This document shows, in pieces, positions 11,930-23,847 of a stretch of 64,000 bases of DNA (within the stretch, counting starts at the first letter, position 1; every line of letters begins with the position of its first letter). This DNA comes from Pseudomonadota bacterium (GTDB lineage: Bacteria > Pseudomonadota > Gammaproteobacteria > Burkholderiales > Rhodocyclaceae), in NCBI GenBank assembly GCA_018262245.1, contig JAGTRV010000001.1:2019-66018 (forward strand). The letters are read 5' to 3'. The notes beneath the pieces were generated by a model that saw only the letters and a program-made list of their open reading frames with translations, ran no database searches and had not been told where the DNA came from. The translations under genes were made by a program, and so were the position numbers.

Positions 11930-12862
11930 TTACCAGGGCAGTGAACCAAAAGCCTTGCGGTAACGCTCGGCAATCTCTTCGCGGCTCGGGTGGTGGTTCT
12001 GGCCACCACGATGGGCAATCTTGATCGCGCCCATCACCGCCGCCAAGCGGCCGGTTGTCGGCCAGTCGAAACCATTGGCAATGCCGTAGAGCAGGCCGGA
12101 ACGGTAGGCATCGCCGCAGCCCGTCGGATCAAGAATTTCGTCGGCCGTGACGCAAGGGATATCGTGACACTGGCCATCGGTATAGATTTCCGAGCCCTCA
12201 CCACCGCGCGTCACGATCAGGGCCTTCAAATTACCCGCCAGTTGTTCGAGGCTACGCCCGGTGCGGTCGCACAGCAGCTTGGCCTCGTAATCGTTGAAGC
12301 AGGCGTAATCGGCCAGCTGGATGAAATCGAGCAGTTCGTCGCCATTGAACATCGGCAGACCCTGGCCCGGATCGAAAATGAACGGCACGTTGGCATCGGC
12401 AAAGTCACGGGCGTGCTGCATCATGCCTTCGCGGCCATCCGGCGCCACAATGCCGAGCTTGGCATTGGCACTTTCAACCTTGTTCAGATGCGAAAACGTC
12501 ATCGCTCCCGGATGGAAAGCGGTGATCTGGTTGTCGTCGAGGTCGGTCGTGATGAAAGCCTGCGCCGTGAAGCTGCCGCCAATCTGGCGAACATGGTTCC
12601 GTGACAGGCCAAGTTTGTCGAGCCGATCAAGATAGGGCGCGGCATCATCGCCAACGGTGGCCATGATCGTCGGATCGCCGCCAAGCAGCATCAGGTTATA
12701 GGCGATGTTGCCAGCACAGCCGCCGAATTCACGACGCATCTCTGGAACCAGGAAGGCCACATTCAGGATGTGGATCTGCTCAGGCAGGATGTGGTTCTTG
12801 AAGCGGTCCGGGAAGACCATGATGTTGTCGAAAGCCAGGGAACCACAGATCAGTGTCGTCAT
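11930..12862 (-). CDS. PfkB-family kinase (adenosine kinase-like)
   Basis: GGCAGNIAY, DPGQ, DPTGCGDAYRSG. Confidence 0.85.
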   Translation of the reverse strand: MTTLICGSLAFDNIMVFPDRFKNHILPEQIHILNVAFLVPEMRREFGGCAGNIAYNLMLLGGDPTIMATVGDDAAPYLDRLDKLGLSRNHVRQIGGSFTAQAFITTDLDDNQITAFHPGAMTFSHLNKVESANAKLGIVAPDGREGMMQHARDFADANVPFIFDPGQGLPMFNGDELLDFIQLADYACFNDYEAKLLCDRTGRSLEQLAGNLKALIVTRGGEGSEIYTDGQCHDIPCVTADEILDPTGCGDAYRSGLLYGIANGFDWPTTGRLAAVMGAIKIAHRGGQNHHPSREEIAERYRKAFGSLPW

Positions 12863-12868
12863 AAAGAA

Positions 12869-13918
12869 TCAGGGATAGAAGATGTAAAGGCGATAGCCCG
12901 AGGCACCGATCTCCTTGGCCTCGATCCATAGTCGGACAGCAACTTCGCCGTTGGCCGGAAAATGATCGGAAGCCGTGCCGGGCGGCAAGTATTCGGCAGC
13001 GTACATGACCCGTCGGGAAACAACGGAATCGTTGGTATCGGTCAGGCTCAGCTCAAGCGCAGGCCAGGCCTGGGGGTGATCGGCCCGGTTTTTCAGGGTC
13101 GCCTGCAACACGAACAGGCCACGGGCGTTATCGGATTGCAGATCGGAGGTTTCAATGGAAACCAGAGCCGGATTACGCGGTAGCGGAATGTCGACCGAGA
13201 CCAGTTGATACAGAGACGCCGCACTTGGCATCCGCAAAACGATCTCACTGCGGAAGTAGTAAAGCAATTGCCCAAGCAGGGCGAGGCTCAACAGAATCGA
13301 GACCAGCACGAAAGGCCAGACCGCCCGCTTGGCCGACTCAACGGCGAAGCCACCCAATCCATCGCTGGCCAGCGTACCGGCAGCCCAGCGATTGTAGGCC
13401 GTCGTATCGTTCAGTTCCCGTGCCGCGACGAGACCGGCATCACGCGCCGCCTGGGTCGACTCTTCCGGGGTTTCCTGGCTCTCTTCCGGCGATGCGTTGT
13501 CGCAAGGGGCTTGCAGTTCGCTCCCCGGTACGCTTTCGGGCTCGGACTCGCCGGGCACTGTCAGCGCACCAGGCTCTACAGGCACGTCGCTGTCGATGGT
13601 CTCAAGCGGCAGGACCTCAATAACTTCTTCAAATGGCTCTTCGACCAGAGTATCAACCTGCTCGGCCAACTCGGGCTCAGGTTGGACGTCTAGCTCTTCA
13701 AGTGCAGCCTCCGGCTCCGTCTGAAGGGGCTCGACTGTCGAAGCTGCAAGCTCAGGGGCCGGTGAATTGACCTCCGGCTCATCGGAATCAGACAACCATT
13801 GATCAAACGCATTGAAGACCGACTGGCAATGTCCGCAACGGACCTTGCCGGCCTTGCGACGCAACTGCTCGGACGTGACCCGGAAAACCGTGCCGCAATC
13901 CGGGCAGCGGGTCCGCAT
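12869..13918 (-). CDS. Zinc-ribbon / DUF3426 membrane protein
   Basis: CPDC...CGHC zinc ribbon, acidic linker, TM segment, C-terminal GYRLYIFYP; start overlaps prmA stop (TGATG). Confidence 0.8.
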   Translation of the reverse strand: MRTRCPDCGTVFRVTSEQLRRKAGKVRCGHCQSVFNAFDQWLSDSDEPEVNSPAPELAASTVEPLQTEPEAALEELDVQPEPELAEQVDTLVEEPFEEVIEVLPLETIDSDVPVEPGALTVPGESEPESVPGSELQAPCDNASPEESQETPEESTQAARDAGLVAARELNDTTAYNRWAAGTLASDGLGGFAVESAKRAVWPFVLVSILLSLALLGQLLYYFRSEIVLRMPSAASLYQLVSVDIPLPRNPALVSIETSDLQSDNARGLFVLQATLKNRADHPQAWPALELSLTDTNDSVVSRRVMYAAEYLPPGTASDHFPANGEVAVRLWIEAKEIGASGYRLYIFYP

Positions 13919-14808
13919 CAGGGCTTGATCCCGGCCAGACATACCCAGTCTTCACGCACATCGGCTACTTGCAGCGGAATCCACTGCGCGTAGATGGCGA
14001 TGATTTCGTCGATCTGCTCGCGCAGGATGCCGGACAAGGCCAACTTGCCACCCTGGCGAACATGCGCACAGATGGCAGGCGCGAGCACACGCAAGGGATT
14101 GGACAGGATATTGGCGACAACCACGTCGTATTCGCCAGCTACCGGCGTCGCCGAATCGGCAAACAACGCTGTCACGCCATTGCGCTCGGCATTGGCGCGC
14201 GCCGCCTCAACGGCCTGCGGATCGATATCGACACCGGCGACATGGCCGGCCCCCAGGCGTGCCGCAGCAATAGCCAGAATGCCTGAACCACAACCGTAAT
14301 CAAGCACCGTGCAAGCCTCGGAGACATTGCGCTCCAGCCATTCCAGACAAAGCCGGGTGGTCGGATGCGAGCCGGTCCCGAAAGCCATGCCGGGGTCGAG
14401 GATCAGGTTAACCGCAGCCGGATCGGGAGTTTCATGCCAGGAAGGAACAATCCACAGGCGCTCCGAGACACGGATCGGGTCGAACTGAGACTGGGTTAGC
14501 TGGACCCAGTTCTGCTCGGCGACGTTCTCGACAGAATATGCCGGGATTTCAGACAAGCCGATGGCAGCCCCCGCCTCAGCAAGGAGGGCCTCGATATCCG
14601 CATCCGGTTCGAGCAACACGACAACGCGCGAATGCATCCAGCCCGGTGTATTTACCGAACCCGGTTCGCCAAACTGCGGCTGCTCGTCCGGCGTGCCGGC
14701 ATCGGCATCCTCAATGCTGGCCGATAGCGCCCCCGCTTCGAGAAGTGCATCGCACATCGGCTCAGCATGGGACACATCGGTCAGAAAACTGACATTTTGC
14801 CAGCCCAT
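13918..14808 (-). CDS. prmA: Ribosomal protein L11 methyltransferase
   Basis: LDPGMAFGTGSHPTT, DYGCGSGILA, VANIL, LSGIL. Confidence 0.96.
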   Translation of the reverse strand: MGWQNVSFLTDVSHAEPMCDALLEAGALSASIEDADAGTPDEQPQFGEPGSVNTPGWMHSRVVVLLEPDADIEALLAEAGAAIGLSEIPAYSVENVAEQNWVQLTQSQFDPIRVSERLWIVPSWHETPDPAAVNLILDPGMAFGTGSHPTTRLCLEWLERNVSEACTVLDYGCGSGILAIAAARLGAGHVAGVDIDPQAVEAARANAERNGVTALFADSATPVAGEYDVVVANILSNPLRVLAPAICAHVRQGGKLALSGILREQIDEIIAIYAQWIPLQVADVREDWVCLAGIKP

Positions 14809-14811
14809 CGC

Positions 14812-16170
14812 CTAAGCCTTCACTTCGCCCTTGTCGGCGAGTTTCTGTTCAAGGTAGTGGATGCTGGTGCCGCCCTCAACAAAACGGGCGTCCTGCATCA
14901 GTTCCTGGTGCAACGGGATGTTGGTCTTGATGCCCTGGATGCTCATCTCGGACAAGGCGATGCGCATGCGACGAATGGCCTGCTCGCGGGTATCACCATA
15001 GGAAATCACCTTGGCAACCATCGAGTCGTAATGCGACGGCACCTTGTAACCCTGATAAATGTGCGAATCAACGCGGATACCTGGGCCACCCGGTGGGTGA
15101 TAAAACGTGATATTGCCGGGAGATGGCACGAACGTGAAGGGATCTTCGGCGTTAATACGGCACTCGATGGCATGGCCACGGCAGACGATGTCCTTCTGCT
15201 TGTAGCGCAGCTTTTCGCCAAAGGCGACGCGAATCTGTTCCTGAACGATATCGACGCCAGTGATCATCTCGGTCACCGGATGCTCAACCTGAACACGGGT
15301 GTTCATTTCGATGAAATAGAACTCGTTGTTCTCGTAAAGGAATTCGAAGGTACCTGCACCACGGTAACCGATCTTGCGACAGGCTTCGGCGCAGCGCTCG
15401 CCAATACGGTTGATCAGGCGCGGCGCGATGTGCGGTGCCGGTGCCTCTTCAATCACCTTCTGGTGACGACGCTGCATGGAGCAATCGCGCTCGCCCAGAT
15501 AAATGGCGCTGCCATGCTGGTCGGCCAGCACCTGGATTTCCACGTGACGCGGATTTTCCAGATACTTTTCCATATAGACCGCAGGGTTGCCGAAAAAGCT
15601 GCCGGCTTCCTGCTTGGTCATTTGCACGGCATTGACCAGGGCGGCCTCGGTATGAACGACGCGCATGCCGCGACCACCGCCACCGCCGGCGGCCTTGATG
15701 ATCACTGGATAACCCACCGCACGGGCAATCTTGACGATTTCTTTCGGGTCGTCCGGCAACTCGCCTTCGGAACCTGGAACGCAGGGCACGCCGGCCACTT
15801 TCATCGCATCCTTGGCCGACACCTTGTCGCCCATCAGGCGAATGGTTTCGGCCTTCGGGCCGATAAAGACGAAGCCGGAGGTTTCAACGCGCTCGGCAAA
15901 GTCGGCATTCTCAGACAGGAAGCCATAACCCGGGTGAATCGCCTGGGCGTCGGTGACTTCAGCTGCCGAAATGATCGCCGGAACGTTCAGGTAGCTGAGG
16001 GCAGAAGAAGCCGGGCCGATACAGACCGACTCGTCGGCTAGTTTGACGTACTTGGCATCACGATCGGCCTCGGAGTGCACGACCACAGTCTTGATGCCAA
16101 GCTCGCGGCAGGCACGCTGAATACGCAGCGCGATTTCGCCCCGGTTGGCAATGAGGATTTTTTCAAACAT
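14812..16170 (-). CDS. accC: Acetyl-CoA carboxylase biotin carboxylase
   Basis: [34 protein letters not shown]. Confidence 0.98.
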   Translation of the reverse strand: MFEKILIANRGEIALRIQRACRELGIKTVVVHSEADRDAKYVKLADESVCIGPASSALSYLNVPAIISAAEVTDAQAIHPGYGFLSENADFAERVETSGFVFIGPKAETIRLMGDKVSAKDAMKVAGVPCVPGSEGELPDDPKEIVKIARAVGYPVIIKAAGGGGGRGMRVVHTEAALVNAVQMTKQEAGSFFGNPAVYMEKYLENPRHVEIQVLADQHGSAIYLGERDCSMQRRHQKVIEEAPAPHIAPRLINRIGERCAEACRKIGYRGAGTFEFLYENNEFYFIEMNTRVQVEHPVTEMITGVDIVQEQIRVAFGEKLRYKQKDIVCRGHAIECRINAEDPFTFVPSPGNITFYHPPGGPGIRVDSHIYQGYKVPSHYDSMVAKVISYGDTREQAIRRMRIALSEMSIQGIKTNIPLHQELMQDARFVEGGTSIHYLEQKLADKGEVKA

Positions 16171-16180
16171 GATGGGCCGC

Positions 16181-16633
16181 TCAGCCGATCACGAACAGCG
16201 GTTCGCCAAATTCGACAGGTTCGCCGTTATCGAGAAGAATGGCCTTGACCACACCAGAGGCATCGGCTTCGATTTCGTTGAGCAGCTTCATCGCTTCGAT
16301 GATGCACAGGGTTTCGCCCTGCTTGACGGTCTGACCGACTTGCACGAAAGCATCGGCACCCGGCGACGGCGAACGGTAGAAGGTGCCGACCATCGGCGAC
16401 TTGACGACGTGGCCTTCCGGCAGCTCGTCTTCGTCATCGAGATTAACCGTGGAAGCAGCCGGAGCACCGGCCACCATCGGGGGCGGTGCAGCATAGTATT
16501 GCTGCGGCGCGGCAACGGCAGCACCGTAGTGCTTGGCAATACGAACCTTTTCTTCGCCTTCAGTCACTTCCAGCTCGGAAATACCGGATTCCTGAACGAG
16601 GTCGATGAGTTTCTTGAGTTTACGCAGATCCAT
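16181..16633 (-). CDS. accB: Biotin carboxyl carrier protein
   Basis: [10 protein letters not shown] start, [12 protein letters not shown] biotinylation site. Confidence 0.96.
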   Translation of the reverse strand: MDLRKLKKLIDLVQESGISELEVTEGEEKVRIAKHYGAAVAAPQQYYAAPPPMVAGAPAASTVNLDDEDELPEGHVVKSPMVGTFYRSPSPGADAFVQVGQTVKQGETLCIIEAMKLLNEIEADASGVVKAILLDNGEPVEFGEPLFVIG

Positions 16634-16688
16634 GGGAACTCCCTTCTGTTTTGCGCCCGTTGGGTGCAAGAAGCCGGCCGAAGCCGGA

Positions 16689-17168
16689 CTATTCAATATT
16701 AAGCTTGTTAAGCAGGTATTCGAGGGCCAACAGGTAGCCCTCATGACCCAGCCCGCAGATGACGCCGACAGCCAGGTCCGAAAAATACGAGTGATGCCGG
16801 AATGGCTCCCGGGCATGCACATTGGAAAGATGTACCTCGACGAACGGAATCGCTACCGCCGCCAAAGCATCGCGCAGCGCCACGCTGGTATGCGTATAAG
16901 CCGCAGGATTAATAATGATGGCACGGACACCCTGTTCACGAGCCGCATGGATGCGCTCGATCAGCGCACCTTCATGATTGCTCTGGAAGGATTCCAGCTC
17001 AACGCCGGCACCTTCGGCCATGCGGGCCAGCGCCATGTTGATATCCGACAGGGTAACCCGGCCATAATGCTCCGGCTCACGGGTGCCAAGCAGGTTCAGA
17101 TTCGGCCCGTGCATTACCAGAACGCGGGGCTTATCGACCGACTTGGAAGCAGTTTTTCGCTTCGTCAT
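16689..17168 (-). CDS. aroQ: Type II 3-dehydroquinate dehydratase
   Basis: [34 protein letters not shown]. Confidence 0.96.
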   Translation of the reverse strand: MTKRKTASKSVDKPRVLVMHGPNLNLLGTREPEHYGRVTLSDINMALARMAEGAGVELESFQSNHEGALIERIHAAREQGVRAIIINPAAYTHTSVALRDALAAVAIPFVEVHLSNVHAREPFRHHSYFSDLAVGVICGLGHEGYLLALEYLLNKLNIE

Positions 17169-17207
17169 AGCTGCAAGTTTGCCGTAAATCGCAACAACTT
17201 GTCCAGT

Positions 17208-17798
17208 CTAATCCTTTAGCAGGGCACGCAGTGCTTCTGCCCGGATGCGCTCATGCGGACGGCCATCGCGATGCTTCATGCTGACCCGCTCCATGTGTGG
17301 CGGCAAGATCACCAGATTGGCATCGGCCGTATCCGTTTCCATTTGCAACACCGCCTCGACCCGCTCATTGCGTGCTTCGACATGGGAAACGTCGATCCCG
17401 CGGTTGAGCAGGAAGATCTCGACCTCTTTGGCACTGTCGGCAAAAAGCAGGATATCGATATGCGAATGCTCCCCCGCCGTCCCATCCAGCACGGAACCGG
17501 TCAGGTAAGGTTGAAAATCCGCCAGCAGGTCGAGCAACTCCAGCGCGGTATGACGCAAGGCGGCGATCAACTCGACATGGTCTTCACCCTGATAAAGCGT
17601 CCGGTAGGCGCGCAATTCGGCCTCGACCTCGGCATTGTCGGGAAACGCCGAATGTTCGGGGACACCCAACTGGCGGGCCGCCTTCTTCTTGGCGTGGTGA
17701 TAGTCGGTAATGCCATCCTCGGCCATCAGGCGAGCGGCGGCGCTGGCAATGCTGGCCCGGATACCGGTACTCGGGCGTTGCTTTTCATGACGGGTCAT
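17208..17798 (-). CDS. Hypothetical protein with nucleotidyltransferase-like motif
   Basis: Helical N-terminus then LTGSVLDGTAGEHSHIDILLF (GS...D-type motif). Confidence 0.6.
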   Translation of the reverse strand: MTRHEKQRPSTGIRASIASAAARLMAEDGITDYHHAKKKAARQLGVPEHSAFPDNAEVEAELRAYRTLYQGEDHVELIAALRHTALELLDLLADFQPYLTGSVLDGTAGEHSHIDILLFADSAKEVEIFLLNRGIDVSHVEARNERVEAVLQMETDTADANLVILPPHMERVSMKHRDGRPHERIRAEALRALLKD

Positions 17799-17848
17799 GG
17801 GGACTCGATCAAGGTAAAATCCCCTCCATTCTAACGGCTCAATGTGAC

Positions 17849-19195
17849 ATGCACATTCATATTCTCGGTATCTGCGGCACCTTCATGGGTGGCGTTGCGC
17901 AACTGGCGGTTGATTCCGGCCACAAAGTCACCGGCTGCGATGCCAATGTATATCCGCCGATGAGTGACCAGTTACGTGGCGCCGGCATCGAACTGATTGA
18001 AGGCTTCGACACGGCCCAACTCGCCCTCGCCCCGGACATGTTCGTGATCGGCAACGCCATTTCACGCGGCAACCCGCTGCTCGAAGCCATTCTCGACAAG
18101 GGGCTGCCCTATGTTTCCGGCCCGCAATGGCTGGCCGAGAATGTGCTGCAGGGCCGCTGGGTGCTTGGCGTTGCCGGCACCCACGGCAAGACGACCACCG
18201 CCTCGATGCTGGCCTGGATACTTGAAGATGCCAACATGGCCCCCGGCTTCCTGATCGGCGGCGTACCGCTGAACTTCGGGGTATCGGCCCGCCTGGGTGA
18301 CACGCCATTTTTCGTCATCGAAGCCGACGAGTACGACACGGCCTTCTGCGACAAGCGTTCGAAATTCGTTCACTACCATCCGCGAACCGTTGTCCTGAAC
18401 AATCTTGAGTTCGATCACGCCGACATTTTCAGTGATCTGGCGGCGATCGAGACGCAATTTCACCACCTTGTGCGCACCTTGCCACAAAGCGGGCTGATTG
18501 TTTCCAATGCCGCCGAAGCCAGCCTCGACCGCGTGCTGGCGCGTGGCTGCTGGACACCGGTCGAGCGCTTCAACGATCCAGCCGGTTATCGCGTGACCGG
18601 CGACGATGCGCGGGGTGAACTCGTGCTACATGGCCCGGAGGGTGTGATAGGCCGCACACGCTGGAATCTCTCCGGCGAACACAATCGCGCCAATGCCTGT
18701 GCCGCCTTGCTCGCTGCCCGCCATGTCGGCGTCTCGCTGGCCCATGGCCTCGATGCACTGTCCCGCTTCGTCAATGTCAAACGCCGCATGGAAGTCCGTG
18801 GCGAAGTACGTGGCGTCACGGTGTATGACGATTTCGCCCACCACCCGACGGCCATCGCCACCACCGTCGCCGGCCTGCGCCGCAAGGTCGGCAATGCCCG
18901 CATTCTGGCCGTGCTGGAGCCGCGCTCGAACACGATGAAGCTGGGCACGATGAAGTCGCAGTTGCCGGATAGCCTGCGCGAAGTTGATGCAGCTTTCTGC
19001 TACGCCGGCAACCTCGGGTGGGATGCCCGCGAAGCACTGGCACCGATGGGCGAACGCGCCATCGTCGAGGAAAATCTGGACCGACTGGTTGACCAGATCG
19101 TCATTGCCGCACAACCAGGCGATCATATCCTGGTCATGAGCAACGGCGGCTTTGGCGGCATTCACGGCAAGATTCTGGCCGGGCTCACTGAGTAA
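17849..19195 (+). CDS. mpl: Murein peptide ligase (peptidoglycan recycling)
   Basis: MHIHILGICGTFMGG, GTHGKTTT, EADEYDTAF, DDFAHHPTAI. Confidence 0.96.
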   Translation: MHIHILGICGTFMGGVAQLAVDSGHKVTGCDANVYPPMSDQLRGAGIELIEGFDTAQLALAPDMFVIGNAISRGNPLLEAILDKGLPYVSGPQWLAENVLQGRWVLGVAGTHGKTTTASMLAWILEDANMAPGFLIGGVPLNFGVSARLGDTPFFVIEADEYDTAFCDKRSKFVHYHPRTVVLNNLEFDHADIFSDLAAIETQFHHLVRTLPQSGLIVSNAAEASLDRVLARGCWTPVERFNDPAGYRVTGDDARGELVLHGPEGVIGRTRWNLSGEHNRANACAALLAARHVGVSLAHGLDALSRFVNVKRRMEVRGEVRGVTVYDDFAHHPTAIATTVAGLRRKVGNARILAVLEPRSNTMKLGTMKSQLPDSLREVDAAFCYAGNLGWDAREALAPMGERAIVEENLDRLVDQIVIAAQPGDHILVMSNGGFGGIHGKILAGLTE

Positions 19196-19246
19196 AACGC
19201 CAACGGACCGTGCTTCCAACGGAAAGCGAAAAAAAGGGCCGAAAAT

Positions 19247-19284
19247 AAAAAAGGCGCGGAGAGGTTTCCCTCCCGCGCCTTTTT
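19247..19284. terminator. Bidirectional intrinsic terminator between mpl and maeB
   Basis: AAAAAAGGCGCGG...CCGCGCCTTTTT between convergent genes. Confidence 0.85.
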
Positions 19285-19296
19285 GTTACACCTGAT

Positions 19297-21573
19297 TTAG
19301 CGCTCCATCGACTCCACGACTGCCAGAGCGGTCATATTGACCAGACGACGGACGGTGGCCGTCGAGGTCAGCACATGCGCCGGACGGGCCGCACCGAGCA
19401 GGATGGGGCCGATGGTCACGCCTTCGCCACCGGTCATCTTGATCAGGTTGTAGGAGATATTGGCGGCATCGATGTTCGGCATGACCAGCAGATTGGCCTC
19501 GCCCTTGAGTGGGGAATCCGGATTCGCTTCACGGCGCAGATCTTCATTCAGCGCCGAGTCACCATGCATTTCGCCATCCACTTCCAGTTCACCGGCTGAC
19601 ATGGCGGAGACCAGACCAGCGGCAATGCTCATCTTGCGTGCCGACTCGGAATTGGCGGAACCGAAATTGGAATGCGACAGCAGCGCCACCTTCGGATGGC
19701 TACCGAAACGCTTGACCTGTTCGGCCGCCATCAGCGTCATTTCGGCAATTTCCTGGGCATTCGGATTTTCGTTCACATGTGTGTCGCAGATGAACAGCGA
19801 GCGGCCCGGCAGCATCAGGTAGTTCATTGCTGCCAGCGTGCTGACACCGGCGCGCTTGCCGATGATCTGGCTGATTACGCCGAGATGGTGGCTGTATTGG
19901 CCAGTCATGCCGCAGATCATGCCGTCAGCGTAGCCGAGCTTGAGCAGCATGGCGCCGATCACGGTCGGCTTGCGACGCATGGCTTCCTTGGCGATGGCCG
20001 GGGTAATGCCCTGACGCGCCATGGCCTTGTGGTAGGCGGTCCAGCATTCGCGATAGCGCTCGTCGGACTCCGGATTGACGACATCGAAGTCGACACCCGG
20101 CTGGATGCGCAGCTTGGCCTTTTCGAGGCGGTGCGCGATCACTTCCGGGCGACCGATCAGGATCGGACGCGCGAACTTCTCTTCAATCACCACTTGGGCA
20201 GCGCGCAGAACGCGTTCATCTTCACCTTCGGCGAAAATGATGCGCTTGCCCTTGGCCTGACGGGCTGCCTGGAAGATGGCCCGCATGCCGACACCGGTGT
20301 GATAAACGAATTCAGACAACTTGGCGCGATAGGCAGCCCAGTCGGTGATCGGACGGGTTGCGACACCGGAATCCATGGCGGCCTGAGCGACGGCCGGCGC
20401 GATCTTGACGATCAGGCGCGGGTCGAAAGGCTTGGGGATCAAGTATTCCGGGCCGAAAGACAGATCAGCGCCCGGATAGGCCATGGCGACTTCGTCAGTC
20501 ACTTCAGCTTCGGCCAGCTCAGCGATGGCACGGACGGAAGCCATCTTCATTTCTTCGGTAATACGCGTGGCGCCGACATCGAGCGCGCCGCGGAAGATGA
20601 ACGGGAAGCACAGAACGTTATTGACCTGGTTTACATAGTCAGAACGGCCGGTGGCGATGATCGCATCCGGGCGCACTTCCTTGACCAGTTCCGGCATGAT
20701 TTCCGGGGTCGGGTTGGCCAGCGCAAAGACCATCGGCTTGTCGGCCATGGCCTTGACCATGTCCTGCTTGACGACGCCTGCAGCGGACAGGCCGAGGAAG
20801 ATATCGGCACCAACCAGCGCCTCGCCAAGGGTACGCTTGTCGGTATTCTGGGCGTAGCGGGCCTTGGTCTCGTCCATACCGCCCGGGCGACCAACGTAGA
20901 TGACGCCCTTGGAGTCACAAATGGTGATGTTCTCGCGCTTGACGCCGAGCTCACACCACAGGTTGACGCAGGAGATGGCGGCCGCACCGGCACCGGAAAC
21001 GACGACCTTGACCTGGTCGATCTTCTTGCCGACGACCTTCAGGCCATTGAGCATGGCGGCGCCGGAAATGATCGCGGTGCCGTGCTGGTCGTCATGGAAG
21101 ACCGGGATGTTCATCCGCGCCTTGAGCTTCTCTTCGATGTAGAAGCATTCCGGCGCCTTGATGTCTTCAAGGTTGATACCGCCGAGCGTCGGCTCGAGGG
21201 CGGCGATCATGTCGATCAGCTTGTCCGGATCGTTCTCGGCCAGTTCGATGTCGAACACGTCAATACCGGCAAATTTCTTGAACAGGCAGCCTTTGCCTTC
21301 CATGACCGGCTTGGAAGCCAGCGGGCCGATATTGCCAAGGCCAAGCACGGCAGTACCGTTGGTCACAACCCCCACCAGATTGGCGCGCGAGGTATACCAG
21401 GCAGCAGTGGCCGGATCTTCGACGATCGCATCGCAGGCGGCGGCAACACCCGGAGAGTAGGCCAGCGCCAGATCGCGCTGGTTGGTCAGGCCCTTGGTCG
21501 GGCGGACGGAAATCTTGCCCGGGGTGGGCCAGCGATGGTATTCGAGAGCGGCTTCGCGCAGATCCTTTTCCAC
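19297..21573 (-). CDS. maeB: NADP-dependent malic enzyme with PTA-like C-terminal domain
   Basis: [37 protein letters not shown]. Confidence 0.96.
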   Translation of the reverse strand: MEKDLREAALEYHRWPTPGKISVRPTKGLTNQRDLALAYSPGVAAACDAIVEDPATAAWYTSRANLVGVVTNGTAVLGLGNIGPLASKPVMEGKGCLFKKFAGIDVFDIELAENDPDKLIDMIAALEPTLGGINLEDIKAPECFYIEEKLKARMNIPVFHDDQHGTAIISGAAMLNGLKVVGKKIDQVKVVVSGAGAAAISCVNLWCELGVKRENITICDSKGVIYVGRPGGMDETKARYAQNTDKRTLGEALVGADIFLGLSAAGVVKQDMVKAMADKPMVFALANPTPEIMPELVKEVRPDAIIATGRSDYVNQVNNVLCFPFIFRGALDVGATRITEEMKMASVRAIAELAEAEVTDEVAMAYPGADLSFGPEYLIPKPFDPRLIVKIAPAVAQAAMDSGVATRPITDWAAYRAKLSEFVYHTGVGMRAIFQAARQAKGKRIIFAEGEDERVLRAAQVVIEEKFARPILIGRPEVIAHRLEKAKLRIQPGVDFDVVNPESDERYRECWTAYHKAMARQGITPAIAKEAMRRKPTVIGAMLLKLGYADGMICGMTGQYSHHLGVISQIIGKRAGVSTLAAMNYLMLPGRSLFICDTHVNENPNAQEIAEMTLMAAEQVKRFGSHPKVALLSHSNFGSANSESARKMSIAAGLVSAMSAGELEVDGEMHGDSALNEDLRREANPDSPLKGEANLLVMPNIDAANISYNLIKMTGGEGVTIGPILLGAARPAHVLTSTATVRRLVNMTALAVVESMER

Positions 21574-21737
21574 GGATTCTCCTTGGCAATCGGTATTAGG
21601 GAAAACCCGTTAGGTTACTCCAAAGGTTCACTGGCTGGAAGCGTAATTATGAATTACGGCAATATCTACGTGTAATCCGAAGCCGGTCATGAAAAGAGCG
21701 CGCTCATCGACGCACCCCGGCTGGCAACTTCCCGGGA

Positions 21738-23807
21738 TTAGAAGCGATGGGAGATGGTCAGGCGCAGGCTACGCGGTTCGGCAGGGTGAATATGGCGATC
21801 GCTGGCCGAGGTGCCCTCTCCCCGCAGTTGCGAGTCGTACCAGTATTCGATGTCGTTCACCTTGCGATCGAACAGGTTGTAGACGTCGAGGGTCAGCTGG
21901 GTACGCCGGTCGATCTTGTAGCCGGCGCGCAGGTTGGTCAGTGCCGAATGGCCGGAACGCACGGAGTTGTCTTCGATCAGCGGACGCGGCCCGAAATAGC
22001 GCAGACGCAAGGCACCGAACCACGGGCCGAGGTGATCGAACGTCAGGCCGATATTGGCGGTCGTCGCCACCGCACCGGGAATGTAGTCGCCGACCGTCGG
22101 ATCTTGATCGCGGAAACGGGCATGCGACCAGGCGAGGTCGGCATCGATCGCCAGCCAATCGGAGAGTACATAGAGATTGCTCCATTCCACGCCATAGCGG
22201 CGCGACGGGCGTGATGCTTCGGTGGTACCGGCATCGCCAACAAAGAGCAGTTCGGAGGCGGCATCAAGCTGCCACAAGGCAAGCGTCGATTGCCAGCCGG
22301 CGACCGGTTCGCTGCGCACACCCACTTCGTAACCTTTGGTGCGGACCAGCGGCTTGACGCGCTGTACTGGCGTCGTGCCGTCAGCTGGATCAACCTTGAT
22401 CGTTGTCCCGCGCGCATCGTTGGAATGGAAGCCGTGGCCGTAATTCAGGTAGAGCTCGGTTTTCTGCCACGGGCCGAAAATCAGCGCCAGTTTGGGGGTC
22501 ACCATCTGGTCGCTGGCCTTGCCGGAATTGGCAGCCAGGCTTGATTCGACGTCGAAATCGTAGGCATCGGCACGCAAGCCCTGGACCGAACGGAACCACT
22601 CGGTCCACCGCGTTTCGTTTTGCCCCCACAGCGCCAGACTGCGCTGGGTCACCTTGTCTTCGCGGACAGTGCCGACGGTCTGCCGGGCCGAGGTGGCGTA
22701 GAGACCAACCGGGTTAAGACGGTCGATCCGGCTCTGCAGGCCGATGCTGTTCTCAACCTCGAAAACGCCCCAGCGGTCGAACATCGCATGTGACAGCGCA
22801 AAGCCCCCCGCCTGACGGCGCTCGCCCTGCTTGAACTGATCGCCGGTGTCACAGGTGCCACTGTGGGCGACATCGTTCAGGCAATATTGAAAATTGGACC
22901 ACAGATCGAGGCTGGACTTCAGCCACCAAACGTTGGCCTTGGTCTGGGCGTTGGCCCAGCGCCTGGCCCATTCACCGGCCAGGCTGTAGCGACTGGTTTC
23001 GCCGCCAGTCGTCGAATCGAGGGTGCCGAAACGGCTAACCAGCCCGCGGTCGATGGCGCGCTGGGCAATTTGGTCGGTGGACGTCCATTGGCCCCGATAA
23101 GCCATGCCGGTCAGCGAAAAGCCGTCGTTGCGCGTTCCCTGGCTATAGCGCAGCACGCCATTGAACTTGCGGTAATTCTCGGCCACTTCCCACGGTCCGT
23201 CGTTATGGAACAGTTCCAGACCATAGAGCAGATTGCCGCGGCCCACTTCCGGCGAGCCAGCCAACAGGTTGCGCACATAGCCCTTCTGGCCCAGCGTGAT
23301 TTGCGCCAGCGACGCATCCATCTGGCGGAAATAGTCGATATGCGCTGCGCCAGCCGATGAGAAATCGCCTTCCTCGGCGAAGTACGGCCCCTTGCGGAAG
23401 CTGATGCGATCGACCAGCTCGGGAATCAGGAAATTGAGGTCAGTGTAGCCCTGGCCATGAGCATGGGTCGGCATGTTGACCGGGACGCCACCGACGTAAG
23501 TGGCGAAATCGGTACCATGGTCGAGGTTGAAGCCGCGCAGGAAATACTGGTTGGCCTTGCCGTCACCGGCGTGCTGGGTAACGATCAGGCCGGGCACCAT
23601 TTCCAGCGCCTCGCCGGGGCGCAGGATGGGCACGGCCGCCAGGCGCTGGCTGGAAACCACACCTTCACTGCCGGACGCGGCGATGCCTTCCAGATTTTCG
23701 GCCTTGGCCCGCACTTCGACCGCAGAAAGCTCAGCCGACTCATGTGCTCCGACGCTGCTCACGGCCGCCAGAAAATAGGAACTTATTAGCTTTTTTCTTA
23801 CGCTCAT
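21738..23807 (-). CDS. TonB-dependent outer-membrane receptor, probably for nickel
   Basis: Plug EMVPGL..QH.G.GKANQYFLRGFNLDHGTDF, VYNLFD, terminal Phe; downstream of NiCoT gene. Confidence 0.8.
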   Translation of the reverse strand: MSVRKKLISSYFLAAVSSVGAHESAELSAVEVRAKAENLEGIAASGSEGVVSSQRLAAVPILRPGEALEMVPGLIVTQHAGDGKANQYFLRGFNLDHGTDFATYVGGVPVNMPTHAHGQGYTDLNFLIPELVDRISFRKGPYFAEEGDFSSAGAAHIDYFRQMDASLAQITLGQKGYVRNLLAGSPEVGRGNLLYGLELFHNDGPWEVAENYRKFNGVLRYSQGTRNDGFSLTGMAYRGQWTSTDQIAQRAIDRGLVSRFGTLDSTTGGETSRYSLAGEWARRWANAQTKANVWWLKSSLDLWSNFQYCLNDVAHSGTCDTGDQFKQGERRQAGGFALSHAMFDRWGVFEVENSIGLQSRIDRLNPVGLYATSARQTVGTVREDKVTQRSLALWGQNETRWTEWFRSVQGLRADAYDFDVESSLAANSGKASDQMVTPKLALIFGPWQKTELYLNYGHGFHSNDARGTTIKVDPADGTTPVQRVKPLVRTKGYEVGVRSEPVAGWQSTLALWQLDAASELLFVGDAGTTEASRPSRRYGVEWSNLYVLSDWLAIDADLAWSHARFRDQDPTVGDYIPGAVATTANIGLTFDHLGPWFGALRLRYFGPRPLIEDNSVRSGHSALTNLRAGYKIDRRTQLTLDVYNLFDRKVNDIEYWYDSQLRGEGTSASDRHIHPAEPRSLRLTISHRF

Positions 23808-23847
23808 CGCCAAAAAAAGCCGGTTGCCCGGCCTCCTCCAAGAATGG

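Noticed and set aside
19672-21675. 667-aa plus-strand ORF (also 6599-8185, 14767-16041, 32894-34633, 45237-46472, 52063-53373)
   Set aside because: Antisense shadows of well-supported genes, expected from high-GC codon bias; no motifs
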